Source of the DNA: Patescibacteria group bacterium
Lineage (GTDB): Bacteria; Patescibacteriota; Minisyncoccia; Moranbacterales; UBA1568
DNA: 64,000 bases
Direction of reading: 5' to 3'
Assembly (NCBI GenBank): GCA_038078615.1
Contig: JBBTWT010000011.1
Span: 7,480-71,479 of the forward strand
Under the pieces are notes generated by a model that did not search any database, was not told where the DNA came from, and saw only the letters and a list, made by a program, of their open reading frames with translations. Positions within the stretch are counted from its first letter, which is position 1; every line of letters begins with the position of its first letter. A program made the position numbers and the translations under genes. Positions 1 through 9,952 of this stretch are shown here, piece by piece.

Positions 1-1667
1 TTTTCCTTTTCCCTGAATCCGAATGAGGGATGCATATCCCGATTAATGACGATTTTTTTTATGCCATATATATCCAATGAAGTGTCAATCAGATCGTTCG
101 AAAAATTATTGAAAATCGAATCGAGATCCGGAGAAAGTGCCGAGTACGCCGCTATAAAAGGTTTGTTGATAGAATACACCAAGGGATCCCTGCCTCTGTA
201 ATATTTGTCGCCGTCATGATTCAAGAGGGTTACTTGATAATTCAGGGAACCCGGCAAACTCAGGTATCGATAATCGAGTTTATCGGTATTCAGCTCTTGC
301 ATAGCATTGAAGTAGCTTTCCTTGTAGAGGTATCTTCTCGAGACATACTTGTCTTCATCAATTTTGAAATCCGGAATAAAATTCAGCGTCAAGTAAGGAA
401 CGCTGCAAGCGAGCAAATAAACAACAAATGCATAGTAAGACCAATTGCGCCTTTTATTGCCAAAAACGGGAATCAAGGCGATGGTCAATAGAAATACCAG
501 TAAGACGCTGAATTTCTCTAGAGGACTCTTGAAAATAATGAAAAAAGGAACAGTATTCAGCATCCATAAGTAAGCATCCTGAAACGGCTGATTGATTCCT
601 TTATTGAGAAAAAGGACTAATAAGACGAAACTGACCACTATAATATATTTTCTTTGATGCTCTTTTTTTCGGTTATCCGTTCGGATGAACAGATGCCAAA
701 TAATCAAGACAAACGGGATAATCAGGATCATATCCATTGCGATACTGTTGTAGAAAACTGAAAAAAAACTGCTATCGGCATCAGACATCAATGTTTTCAG
801 CGAAAATATTCTTCCGATAATGCCCTCATCATCAGAGAGCTTGGCCCAATTGATAGCGAAATTCTTCGTATAAAAAAGACTCAGATCTTGGAATTGGAAT
901 CTTACGAGATTAATGAGCCACCAAGCATTAAAAAGAAGAAAGCTTGTTTCCAATAAAAGGAAGTTTTTGATCATTAGCCGATAATGAGTCGCGTGTGACT
1001 TGTCAGATCGCAGGTGATAGATTATTACGATTGAAATCAGTAAAAAAATATGAAAAATCCCTAAGTATGGAATATTTGAAAACGCATACGATAGCAGCGC
1101 GGTCAGAAAACCGAAAATCAGAAAAAGCTGCAAGCTCTTGAAATAATATTTATACAGCACGCCGAAGAGCAGCGGCAGTACGAATAATGGCGCTGTATTC
1201 CAAAACATCATGCTGTGGAGATGATAGGTAGAAAATGGATTGAGAATATAAAAGAGAGAAAGCAGGAACGATAACTTGAAACCCTGTTTGAGGATATTTT
1301 TTAAAAGCCAGAACATAGAAAAAAAAGGCAGTGCGTACATCAGGAAAATACTCAATACATTCGCCACTTTCAGTGAAATTCCAAAAAACTGCAGCCAATA
1401 GAAAAAATCAAAGATGCCGAACGTATAATTCAGTATAGGGTTAGGAAAGCCGGTGCCATTGTTTACAGAAACCCAGGTAAAATCGTACAGCTCCTTCGTC
1501 AAGAGGGTGTTCACATAATAATTGCCCTCTCCGCCCAAAAGAATGAAATTTTTAGAATAAAGAATAATGAGAGAAATCAACAAAAAACAAAATCCCAATA
1601 AGATGGTTAGGGGGTGTTGATTAAATATATTTTTAATCCAAAAAAATATATTCTGAACGCTGGACAT
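1..1667 (-). CDS. Multi-pass membrane protein, probable GT-C-fold glycosyltransferase (AftD/YfhO-like); runs off the window
   Basis: ATG at 1667 right after the stop of the upstream gene. Manual translation of parts gives MSSVQNIFFW..., many hydrophobic helices, 'LFYILNPF' and 'FKSPLEKF' motifs. Absent from the ORF track, presumably because there is no stop in the window. Confidence 0.6.
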   Translation of the reverse strand, partial: MSSVQNIFFWIKNIFNQHPLTILLGFCFLLISLIILYSKNFILLGGEGNYYVNTLLTKELYDFTWVSVNNGTGFPNPILNYTFGIFDFFYWLQFFGISLKVANVLSIFLMYALPFFSMFWLLKNILKQGFKLSFLLSLFYILNPFSTYHLHSMMFWNTAPLFVLPLLFGVLYKYYFKSLQLFLIFGFLTALLSYAFSNIPYLGIFHIFLLISIVIIYHLRSDKSHATHYRLMIKNFLLLETSFLLFNAWWLINLVRFQFQDLSLFYTKNFAINWAKLSDDEGIIGRIFSLKTLMSDADSSFFSVFYNSIAMDMILIIPFVLIIWHLFIRTDNRKKEHQRKYIIVVSFVLLVLFLNKGINQPFQDAYLWMLNTVPFFIIFKSPLEKFSVLLVFLLTIALIPVFGNKRRNWSYYAFVVYLLACSVPYLTLNFIPDFKIDEDKYVSRRYLYKESYFNAMQELNTDKLDYRYLSLPGSLNYQVTLLNHDGDKYYRGRDPLVYSINKPFIAAYSALSPDLDSIFNNFSNDLIDTSLDIYGIKKIVINRDMHPSFGFREKE

Positions 1668-1668
1668 A

Positions 1669-2601
1669 CTAATCTTGCGAGTGGGTGATGACATACGTAT
1701 TTATCTCTGCTTTTTGCGGCCAAAATATTGACACAATAAACCTCACCACAAGTGTCATCGGCACAATCAAAACGAATAACAATATATCAATGAACCGATT
1801 ATTTCGTTTTAACATTCCGTAGAGACTGGCAGATAAGTCATGAAAATAGTAGTACGGATCAGCTGAAGAGGAAACTATTTCCAATTGATGCCTCTTTAAC
1901 AATGATTGTAGGCTCGTATAGTTATAAAAGAAGAGGTGTCTGGGCGTATCCAGATGAAACCAGCTGCTTTTCGCGATAGCGAACCCCAGACTGTCTCTGT
2001 TCGGAATATCGCATATTAAAAAGCCGTTGGTATTCAAAAGCTTCTTCAAAGCAGGTAAAAAAGTATTCGGATCGTCAATATGCTCTAAGACATGCCACAT
2101 AACAATCGCATCATATTTCTGGTTTCCTGGAAATTCTGGTGCATCAATCTTCTCCTGATATATGGTTACATCCGGATAATGCGCTTTGACATAGGCAGCG
2201 CCGTCATCATTGATTTCCACCCCGTATTTATCGAGAAGTTTCGGCAGTCTTGCTAGGAATGCACCGCGACCACAGCCTATTTCCAATAGCTTGTTGCCCC
2301 CCTTCAGAAATTTTCTTAGTATCTTCAGACGGCGCCGATGCCCTAAGAAATCTACCCATCGCAAAACAACCCGCACTACAACGTTATTCGTCGCTGATGC
2401 CGGGGTATAATAGTCATCAAGATAATACTTCTCGTAATAGCCGGCATCGATAGCGATGTCTGTGAAAACAGCTTTACACTCCAAACATTCAATGACCGAA
2501 AAATTCTCGTTTCCCAAAAGATGGCGGCCATGAACGTTTTTTGAAGTAAACAGCTTGCGGATATCTGAAGAACTGCATATTTTGCACTTAGACTCGCTCA
2601 T
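1669..2601 (-). CDS. Class I SAM-dependent methyltransferase with N-terminal Zn ribbon
   Basis: CxxC...CxxC, LLEIGCGRG motif I, WHVLEH, PRHLFFY. Confidence 0.9.
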   Translation of the reverse strand: MSESKCKICSSSDIRKLFTSKNVHGRHLLGNENFSVIECLECKAVFTDIAIDAGYYEKYYLDDYYTPASATNNVVVRVVLRWVDFLGHRRRLKILRKFLKGGNKLLEIGCGRGAFLARLPKLLDKYGVEINDDGAAYVKAHYPDVTIYQEKIDAPEFPGNQKYDAIVMWHVLEHIDDPNTFLPALKKLLNTNGFLICDIPNRDSLGFAIAKSSWFHLDTPRHLFFYNYTSLQSLLKRHQLEIVSSSADPYYYFHDLSASLYGMLKRNNRFIDILLFVLIVPMTLVVRFIVSIFWPQKAEINTYVITHSQD

Positions 2602-2672
2602 CGCAGTAAATTTTTATATCAGAGAATTCCTCTCAATTTTCTTTCTTCTCTCTACGTCTGGATTTTTTAAGT

Positions 2673-3920
2673 CTAAATGATTTCAACTTTGGGTATAGGA
2701 ATGATAACTTTCCCGCCTTTTTTCCTATAACTCGCCAGCTTACGAAGTATTTCCTTTTTAAAGTTCCAAGGAAGCAGAAGCAGATAATCCGGCTGCTCCT
2801 CCGCTACCCTTTCCTGAGGGAAAACCTGTAAATGCGTTCTCGGTGCATAGAGCCCATGCTTGTATGGGATATTGTCTGTCAGATAATCGATGAGCTTGCC
2901 ATCAATGCCACAGTAATTAAGAAGAATATTGCCTTTGGCCGGCGCTCCGAAGCCCACGACCTTCTTTTTTCTTTTCTTCAGGCCAATCAGAAGCTTATTG
3001 AGATCTCTTTTGATAATAAGCACTTTTTTTGCGAACGCATCAAGAGTCTTCTTTTCGTGAATTCCCAGTCTTTCCTCTTCCACCAACAAGCGTTTCAATC
3101 GAGCAGTTTGCGACGATTCTGCACCCTTTCTTTTCACGTAGATTATTACCGATCCGCCATGTACCGGGGTCCGCTCCACGTCAAAAAGCTCGAGATTGAA
3201 ACGCTTGAACAGATGCGCCAACGGCTTCATCGAAAAATAACTCAGATGTTCATGATAGATAGTATCGAACTGCACGCCCTGAACCAAATCAACGAGATAT
3301 GGAAATTCTGCCACAAAGATACCGTCATCTTTCAAAACAACATTCAGACCCTTCAGAACGTCATCAAGATCGTCTATATGAGCAAACACGTTGGTACCGA
3401 TTACCAGAGAGGCTTGTCCTTTTTCCTTGACGATTTTATCGGCAATCTTCTTGCTGAAGAATGTATCCAGAGTCTCAATGCCCTCTTGATTCGCGATTTT
3501 TGCAAGATTTTTAGCAGGATCCACGCCCAAGACTTTTACACCGTATTTCTTAAACTTCTTTAAAAAAAGACCATCATTACTCCCCATCTCGACCACCAGC
3601 GAACGAGATGTCATTCCAAATCTCGCTATGAGTGACTGGGCCAGCTTATCAAAGTGATCAGCCATAGTCTTAGAGAATGTCGAGATGTAAACATAATTAG
3701 TATACATGAGAGACGGATTCACTACTTCCAACGTCTCAACCATACCGCACTTCGGACAGAAAACTACCGTCAAAGGAAATTTCAATTCAGGCTGGTCTAA
3801 CTGATATGAAGTCAAAAAATTATTCACCATCGGCATATCACCCAATGAAAAAATTTTCTTCAAATCCGTTGATTTACAAGTTCTACAATGCTTCACTATC
3901 TTTACCGGCTGCTTTTTCAT
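2673..3920 (-). CDS. NDP-sugar C-methyltransferase (TylC3/EryBIII-like)
   Basis: CRTC/CPKC zinc site, EMGSNDG, FDTIYHEH, GFGAPAKGNILLNYCG C-terminal domain. Confidence 0.9.
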   Translation of the reverse strand: MKKQPVKIVKHCRTCKSTDLKKIFSLGDMPMVNNFLTSYQLDQPELKFPLTVVFCPKCGMVETLEVVNPSLMYTNYVYISTFSKTMADHFDKLAQSLIARFGMTSRSLVVEMGSNDGLFLKKFKKYGVKVLGVDPAKNLAKIANQEGIETLDTFFSKKIADKIVKEKGQASLVIGTNVFAHIDDLDDVLKGLNVVLKDDGIFVAEFPYLVDLVQGVQFDTIYHEHLSYFSMKPLAHLFKRFNLELFDVERTPVHGGSVIIYVKRKGAESSQTARLKRLLVEEERLGIHEKKTLDAFAKKVLIIKRDLNKLLIGLKKRKKKVVGFGAPAKGNILLNYCGIDGKLIDYLTDNIPYKHGLYAPRTHLQVFPQERVAEEQPDYLLLLPWNFKKEILRKLASYRKKGGKVIIPIPKVEII

Positions 3921-3939
3921 ATGCAAACAGTTAGACTGA

Positions 3940-5178
3940 TTAATTTTCTAAATTTCTCACTTTATCCAAAACAAAACGGACTCTCTTATTCCAATCCCAC
4001 TCTCGTGAAACGAGCTCAAAAGCGTCGTGTTTAAGTATACTATATTTTTCTTCGTTATGCAACAATTGCAAAACCGCCTCAGCAATTTTCTGGTAATCTC
4101 CTATAGGAGATACCCCTAAGAGGCCTTGTGGGTAACAATATTCGAAACCCTCCTGATCAAAAGCAACCACTGGAAGCCCACATGCCATACCTTCGGCTGC
4201 CGCCATCCCGCCGGTTTCGTAAATAGCCGAATGGAGGAAGATCCGCGCAGATTTCAGAAGCGCGTACTTCTCCGCGCCATCTTTGAAGCCTACCAGCGTG
4301 ACGTTTTGTTCCAAATGTTTTTCTTCGATAAAGGAGATGACCTGCTGCTCTTCTGAACCGTTGCCGATCATCAGCAATTGAGCATCCGGCATATTTTTTA
4401 CAACCTCTTCCCATGCTTTGACGGCTACCAATGGACCTTTCTGGGGATGAAAACGAGCCATAAATACCGCGTGATACATTTTTTCCTGTGGGGCCGGAAT
4501 ACTGTTGATAAAATCGAGATCCACTCCCCCGTAAATCGATATGATTTTTTCTGCGGGAAATCCATCCTGAAGGAAAATTTTCCGATCAAGCTCATTGCAG
4601 GCAATCACCAAGTCAGCATTTTTTCTTATCAGCCAGTAGCCGAGTAATTGCGTCAGCCAGTATCCAATTCCCATAATTCTTCTCATAATGGAAGTAGCGT
4701 AGGGATTGACTTTCTGCCAGGGCTTTGGCGCAAAAAAGTAAAAGGCGGCAATCCATTTTGCCTGTGGCTTTCTCCATTTGAGAAATATGGCCGGGATGAT
4801 ATCGGGTAGGAAATCTGAAACCGAAAATATATAATCCACGCCTTCCGTTATGCCCTTTTGCCTTCTCACGGTACGGATACCCTTGGCAAGCCTTACGAGA
4901 GAATGATAGAAGACACCAAACAATGAATAGAGGTCTGTTTCGTCATTTTTATCCGTTTCAACAAATGTAACGCCTTTCACGTTCTCCTGCTCTAGACGCC
5001 TGATAGTGCCACGAGAACCGAATAAGAACGTCTCAAAATTCTCAGGAATTTTTTTTAGCAGCTCGAAATAAATCCGGCTCCCGCCGCTCATCCCCTGGCC
5101 GGTATCAAGATTCGCTATAAAGATTATTTTTTTCCGAGCAGGGCGAGGAACCGTATTTTCCATAATATTATTCTTCAT
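3940..5178 (-). CDS. Glycosyltransferase family 4
   Basis: ARFHPQKG and ETGGMAAAEGMACGLPVV (EX7E) motifs. Confidence 0.9.
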   Translation of the reverse strand: MKNNIMENTVPRPARKKIIFIANLDTGQGMSGGSRIYFELLKKIPENFETFLFGSRGTIRRLEQENVKGVTFVETDKNDETDLYSLFGVFYHSLVRLAKGIRTVRRQKGITEGVDYIFSVSDFLPDIIPAIFLKWRKPQAKWIAAFYFFAPKPWQKVNPYATSIMRRIMGIGYWLTQLLGYWLIRKNADLVIACNELDRKIFLQDGFPAEKIISIYGGVDLDFINSIPAPQEKMYHAVFMARFHPQKGPLVAVKAWEEVVKNMPDAQLLMIGNGSEEQQVISFIEEKHLEQNVTLVGFKDGAEKYALLKSARIFLHSAIYETGGMAAAEGMACGLPVVAFDQEGFEYCYPQGLLGVSPIGDYQKIAEAVLQLLHNEEKYSILKHDAFELVSREWDWNKRVRFVLDKVRNLEN

Positions 5179-6089
5179 TATTGTTTTCGTATATCGATAT
5201 GCTTTCTTTTCGCCGACACCCTTTTCAGGAACGAGTACAGTCCGAAAAACATTCCGTGAAATCTGATGGGGATTGCCGATCGTACAGACACGCTGATCTT
5301 GTCAATCAGAGTTTTCTGAAAATCTTGCGCGACTGCCTTCGTGTCTTCAGTCAATTTTTCGTAGAAAAACTGATTGGGAAGCTCTATGCGATCCACCTTC
5401 CTGACTTTTCTTGACAGGAAGCAATTCACCAATCGATTCTTCGGATTGAAAAACAATCCTGTGTAATCTTTTTCCTGATCATACGCATGATACCTGTCAT
5501 AAGTGCCACGAATCTCGACTATATATGATTCGACTATTTCGAAGCCATTGGCCAAGTAAAAATCATAGAAAAACGTCGGTGAAAATTGATAGAAACCGTG
5601 ATTCAGGAAGTTCTGAGCAGGGATGAATTGGAGCACATAACCCCCGGTCTTGGTCATCTTCACGATATTTTCCATCACCGCCCTCACATCAAAGATATGC
5701 TCCAATGTTCCGCTATCTACGATGAGATTGAAAAAATCATGATATCTGCTCTCGACGGGGTACTGCAGGTCATGAATGATCTTGGGCCGATCGAAATCAA
5801 ATTTGTCAATATCATAATACTCTTCCTCGGAGATCCCCAAGAATTCAAAAAAGGTTCTGGCATGAATGTAATTTTTCGCTTCTTTGTTGATGGTAGGAAC
5901 ATCGCCGCTCGTCGAAGAGAGGATTGTCCGAGGTTGGGACAACAGAATATCGTCTTCTTTCGCCCAGCGTCTGATATTCTCTGCGGTAGCATAAATATCC
6001 TGATTCCCAAAAGTCAGAATGGGACCAGAAAACTTATACTTTTTATTCTTCTTGAGGATGAATTGCAGGTTGGATGAGGTTAATCCCAT
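5178..6089 (-). CDS. Methyltransferase-like protein
   Basis: IHDLQYP, IVDSGTLEHIFD and HGFYQFSPTFF motifs of glycan-locus methyltransferase-like proteins. Confidence 0.7.
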   Translation of the reverse strand: MGLTSSNLQFILKKNKKYKFSGPILTFGNQDIYATAENIRRWAKEDDILLSQPRTILSSTSGDVPTINKEAKNYIHARTFFEFLGISEEEYYDIDKFDFDRPKIIHDLQYPVESRYHDFFNLIVDSGTLEHIFDVRAVMENIVKMTKTGGYVLQFIPAQNFLNHGFYQFSPTFFYDFYLANGFEIVESYIVEIRGTYDRYHAYDQEKDYTGLFFNPKNRLVNCFLSRKVRKVDRIELPNQFFYEKLTEDTKAVAQDFQKTLIDKISVSVRSAIPIRFHGMFFGLYSFLKRVSAKRKHIDIRKQ

Positions 6090-6093
6090 AGTA

Positions 6094-7146
6094 TTATGCT
6101 TGCTTATTGCTTAAATTATATTCAAAATGGATTTCCTTTATAACCTTGCTATTGATTCGATTCTTGTAATAATCAGTCATCTTCCCGAGAAGAGAGCTGG
6201 GAACCACTATACTGCCTAAAGAGAAAAACCAGAATCTTACATTCAAGATATTTGATATTTTATACTTCAGCAGATAGCCGATTTCTCGGAGGAGAAAGTA
6301 CATGCCTGCATAGGATTTGATTTGAACCAAACCGACATAATTGGAAGCGATGATATTTTTTATGAAATACGCTTTCAAATTCTTGAATTCGTCCTCATAC
6401 AGTATCTCATCTAACATTTCAATCCATCGTTTGGTCGGTGATATATTATACAGCGTACTCCCCTTCTGTCGTATCGTGCTTTCCCCTATCCTTATTGCTA
6501 CCTGATGATTTTTCAAAAAAACCACCGGGTGTTTCTTGAAAACCTGAAGGAAGGGGTACCCATGCGCTATCCAGTCCTTATCCTCAGTAAAAAAGCTGTC
6601 TTCCAGATATTTCATTCGAAAAGCCAGACCAGACAACTGGCCCAAAATCTCATTATGCATAACATAATGCGCTGCCCTCGGAATATTGTGAATATCAATC
6701 ACTTCATTTTCCTCAAGCGTCGGGGTCACTCGTATCGGAGTCCGTATCTGGTCTGTACGGTCTTGGAACCAAAAATATGGCCTCGTCACCGCTCCTATGT
6801 TTTTATCACTTGTGAAGGCCTCAGATGTCTCCTTTAGGGCATTTTTTGACAATATGTCATCCGCTCCCAAAAAGTAAAGGATATCGCCGGTACAATTTCC
6901 CCATCCAGCTATAAGGTTTTTAGCATATCCAAGATTAGCGTTGTTTTTAAAGTACTGTATCCTAAAATCAGCAAAAAACCGGACTACAGTTTCGGTATTA
7001 TCTTGAGAATCATTATCCTGGATGATGATTTCAAAATCTTTGTATGATTGATTCAAAACACTTCTTATCGTATCACCGATAACATGTGCCATATTGTACG
7101 TCGGAATAACCACGCTTATTTTTAACGATTTTTGTTCGGATATCAT
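6094..7146 (-). CDS. Glycosyltransferase family 2
   Basis: ISVVIPTYN, DNDSQDNT, GADD; start reassigned to MISEQKS. Confidence 0.9.
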   Translation of the reverse strand: MISEQKSLKISVVIPTYNMAHVIGDTIRSVLNQSYKDFEIIIQDNDSQDNTETVVRFFADFRIQYFKNNANLGYAKNLIAGWGNCTGDILYFLGADDILSKNALKETSEAFTSDKNIGAVTRPYFWFQDRTDQIRTPIRVTPTLEENEVIDIHNIPRAAHYVMHNEILGQLSGLAFRMKYLEDSFFTEDKDWIAHGYPFLQVFKKHPVVFLKNHQVAIRIGESTIRQKGSTLYNISPTKRWIEMLDEILYEDEFKNLKAYFIKNIIASNYVGLVQIKSYAGMYFLLREIGYLLKYKISNILNVRFWFFSLGSIVVPSSLLGKMTDYYKNRINSKVIKEIHFEYNLSNKQA

Positions 7147-7207
7147 ATTCTTCTTAAGATAATTTCCCAATAATATTGCGGTGCAACTTTCGAATAATGT
7201 TCTATAT

Positions 7208-8134
7208 TCATGACTGTAGACAATGCTTAATTTCGTTATCAATTATTTCTAAAGAAGTTTGCTTTGGAAGATACCCTATATCTCTGGCCTTCCTGTTTTT
7301 TGAGTAATACTGGTTTTTGATACTTATAGAAATTTGTTCTTTAGGGATCTTCATAATTGAATATTGTAATCCATATTTCTTTTTTAAAAATCTCAGTAGC
7401 GCGAACTTTGATACGGGCTTAACACTATAGATATCAAAAGCATTATTTATTTCTCCTTTTTTCATTATTAATTTCATCAGATCCCAGAGCTCGGCCGCGC
7501 CGATGTAATCCCGGATGATGTCATCCGAACTGGTTATCAAATTTTTCTGCTGCTGCAGAGCATAGACAATATCTCCCATAAGGTAACCTGAAGACAAATC
7601 AATAAAGCGGCTGAAAAAAGAAAAGATCCGTATATCTACGATATTGAAGTCTGACAAGGCTCTGTGTTTCGCTTCGGAATTTATTTTTGCGATAGCATAG
7701 AAATCGCTTGAGTCCAGGGCATTGGCGGCGATTGAAGATCGTGACGCCATTTTCGCCGGTTTCTCGATTTTATTTCCATACGCCGCCCCGCTGCTCAGAT
7801 TTATATACAGCGTGTCTGGATGATTTTGCAAATACTTTAAGACCAAATTATCGAATTTTTCCGTAACTTGAAAAATATCGATTCCCGCTTCTTTTCTCTG
7901 TTTCGGATTGCCGATACCGATGCAGTTTATGATGACGTCATATCGGCCTGTAGAAAACTCTTGGAAAGATCGGGTCGTAAATACCGGATTTTTGTCAATG
8001 ATCTGTAAAGAGCTCTGCAGCTTCCTCTGAGATCTGGCGAACAAAAAAAACTTATCTCCTTTTTGTCCAGATAAGCGATATACCAAGGACTTTCCAATAT
8101 ATCCCGTAGCACCCAGTATGGCTATATTTCTCAT
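7208..8134 (-). CDS. NAD-dependent epimerase/reductase (extended SDR; YerF-like by context)
   Basis: GATGYIG, SSGAAYG, YxxxK (YAIAK). Confidence 0.8.
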   Translation of the reverse strand: MRNIAILGATGYIGKSLVYRLSGQKGDKFFLFARSQRKLQSSLQIIDKNPVFTTRSFQEFSTGRYDVIINCIGIGNPKQRKEAGIDIFQVTEKFDNLVLKYLQNHPDTLYINLSSGAAYGNKIEKPAKMASRSSIAANALDSSDFYAIAKINSEAKHRALSDFNIVDIRIFSFFSRFIDLSSGYLMGDIVYALQQQKNLITSSDDIIRDYIGAAELWDLMKLIMKKGEINNAFDIYSVKPVSKFALLRFLKKKYGLQYSIMKIPKEQISISIKNQYYSKNRKARDIGYLPKQTSLEIIDNEIKHCLQS

Positions 8135-8182
8135 AGAATGTTCACTGTCTGTATTTCATTACTGCCGAATAGGAAGAAGCGA

Positions 8183-9952
8183 TCATAATGCGGCTTCATT
8201 GCTGATCGGATCAATGATCATGCTTTCCTTCAATTCTTCTCGACTGAGTTTCGGGCTGATATCTTCGATAGGATTATTCACCTCCAATTTCGGATAGACT
8301 TCCGTTGTCCCGCGAATGACGACCTCTATGAAACATGGTCCGGGTTTTTCCGCTATTTCTCCATACGTTGCGAGATTTTTCTTATCGATCTTGTAATAGG
8401 GAAGGTGATAGGCTTTGGCTAAAGCCTTGAAGTTCGGAACCGCATAACCGCCCTTTTTCGTCGTCCCTACCTTTTTTTTATCAAAATAGAGATCCTGGAA
8501 CTGAGTGATCATGCCAAGAGCATAATTATTCAGTACGACGACTTTGATAGGCAAATCATATTGGGAAATAAGCATCAAGGCTTGGACGGATATATGGAGA
8601 CCGCCGTCACCGGTAATCACGATGATATTTTTTCTCTCCTCATCGCTGAAACTCGCCCCCACGGCAAACGGCACGGCGCAACCCATAGGTGCCAATCCGC
8701 CGCTGGTAAAGAACTTCTGACCAGCGCGTATCTGAAGCGTCTGGAAAGCGAACATCTGGTTCTGCCCGACATCCACGCAATATATCTGGTCTTCTTTGGC
8801 ATATTTATCGATGAGCCACATGATTTCATAAGGAAGCCTGTTGGTACAGTTTTTCTCGACTTCCCTGGCTTGAGAATATTTTTCTTTGGTTTTTTTGATG
8901 TAGTTCTGCCACTCTTCTTGCGCTTCTTTCGCATCCTGGCGACTATTCATTTTTTCTAAGAACGTTTTTACGTCAGATCGTATCTTTATTCTGTGTTCAA
9001 GCCGATGATGCTCAATCTCATTCTTATCCAAATCAACGTGAACGATTTTTCCGCCTCGTAAAAAACTTTTCAATAACGTGCCGATCTGTCTCGTATCCAT
9101 TCTCGAACCGAGCGCGAATAAGAGGTCAGCATTCGCCAGGGTGATGTTGGCACACCGATTCCCATAGGCACCGATAACACCCACGAATAAATCATCATTT
9201 TCCGGAAAACTTCCCTTGCCCATCAGTGATGCGACCACGGGAATATGGTTATTTTTTGCGAATTGCAAGAGCTCTTTTTCCGCTTTTCCCCGAATAATCC
9301 CGCCCCCGGCAAGTATGATAGGCCGCTTGCTCTGCTTGAGCAGGGTAATGATTTCCTGTAAAGCTTCCGGGGAAGTTTCTTCGATCTGCACCCCTTCTTT
9401 TTCCGGACTGAAACCCTCAAGTTTTTCAGGATCGATCTCCGCTCTTTGGATATTCATAGGAATATCGATGACTACCGGCCCCGGTCTTCCTTCCTTGGCC
9501 ATATAAAAGGCCTTCTCAAGCTCATAGCGAATCTTCTGGGGATCGCTGACGATAGTGGCGTACTTGGTGATTGGCTGGACGATGCTTACGATATCCGTTT
9601 CCTGGAATCCCTGCTGCCTGATCGGCTTGTCATATTTGAATTCGTACGTGTTGACCTGGCCGGTAATAAAGACAGTCGGGATGGAATCGAAGTAGGCATC
9701 CGCTATTCCCGTCATGAGATTGGTCGCGCCGGGACCGCTCGTCGCCATGGCTACGCCTACTTTTCCGGAATTTTTCGCGTACCCTTCGGCTGCAAATGCC
9801 GCTGTCTGCTCATGATACACCTGGATATATTTGACAGTCGTCGTCTTACTCATAGAATCTACCAAATGAGTAATGGCTCCCCCGATGTAGCCGAAAACAT
9901 GATCAGTCCCTTGCTGGCGAATAAAATCAACGATATAATCTGATGCTTTCAT
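8183..9952 (-). CDS. ThDP-dependent acetolactate-synthase-like enzyme (YerE-like by context)
   Basis: HEQTAAFAAEGY, TSGPGATN, GDGG...NN ThDP motif; embedded in the rfbFGH cluster with no ilvH/ilvC nearby. Confidence 0.85.
   Translation of the reverse strand: MKASDYIVDFIRQQGTDHVFGYIGGAITHLVDSMSKTTTVKYIQVYHEQTAAFAAEGYAKNSGKVGVAMATSGPGATNLMTGIADAYFDSIPTVFITGQVNTYEFKYDKPIRQQGFQETDIVSIVQPITKYATIVSDPQKIRYELEKAFYMAKEGRPGPVVIDIPMNIQRAEIDPEKLEGFSPEKEGVQIEETSPEALQEIITLLKQSKRPIILAGGGIIRGKAEKELLQFAKNNHIPVVASLMGKGSFPENDDLFVGVIGAYGNRCANITLANADLLFALGSRMDTRQIGTLLKSFLRGGKIVHVDLDKNEIEHHRLEHRIKIRSDVKTFLEKMNSRQDAKEAQEEWQNYIKKTKEKYSQAREVEKNCTNRLPYEIMWLIDKYAKEDQIYCVDVGQNQMFAFQTLQIRAGQKFFTSGGLAPMGCAVPFAVGASFSDEERKNIIVITGDGGLHISVQALMLISQYDLPIKVVVLNNYALGMITQFQDLYFDKKKVGTTKKGGYAVPNFKALAKAYHLPYYKIDKKNLATYGEIAEKPGPCFIEVVIRGTTEVYPKLEVNNPIEDISPKLSREELKESMIIDPISNEAAL

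Noticed and set aside
8183-9952. ilvB and branched-chain amino acid synthesis
   Set aside because: No regulatory subunit or other ilv genes; it overlaps rfbH, so sugar modification is more likely.
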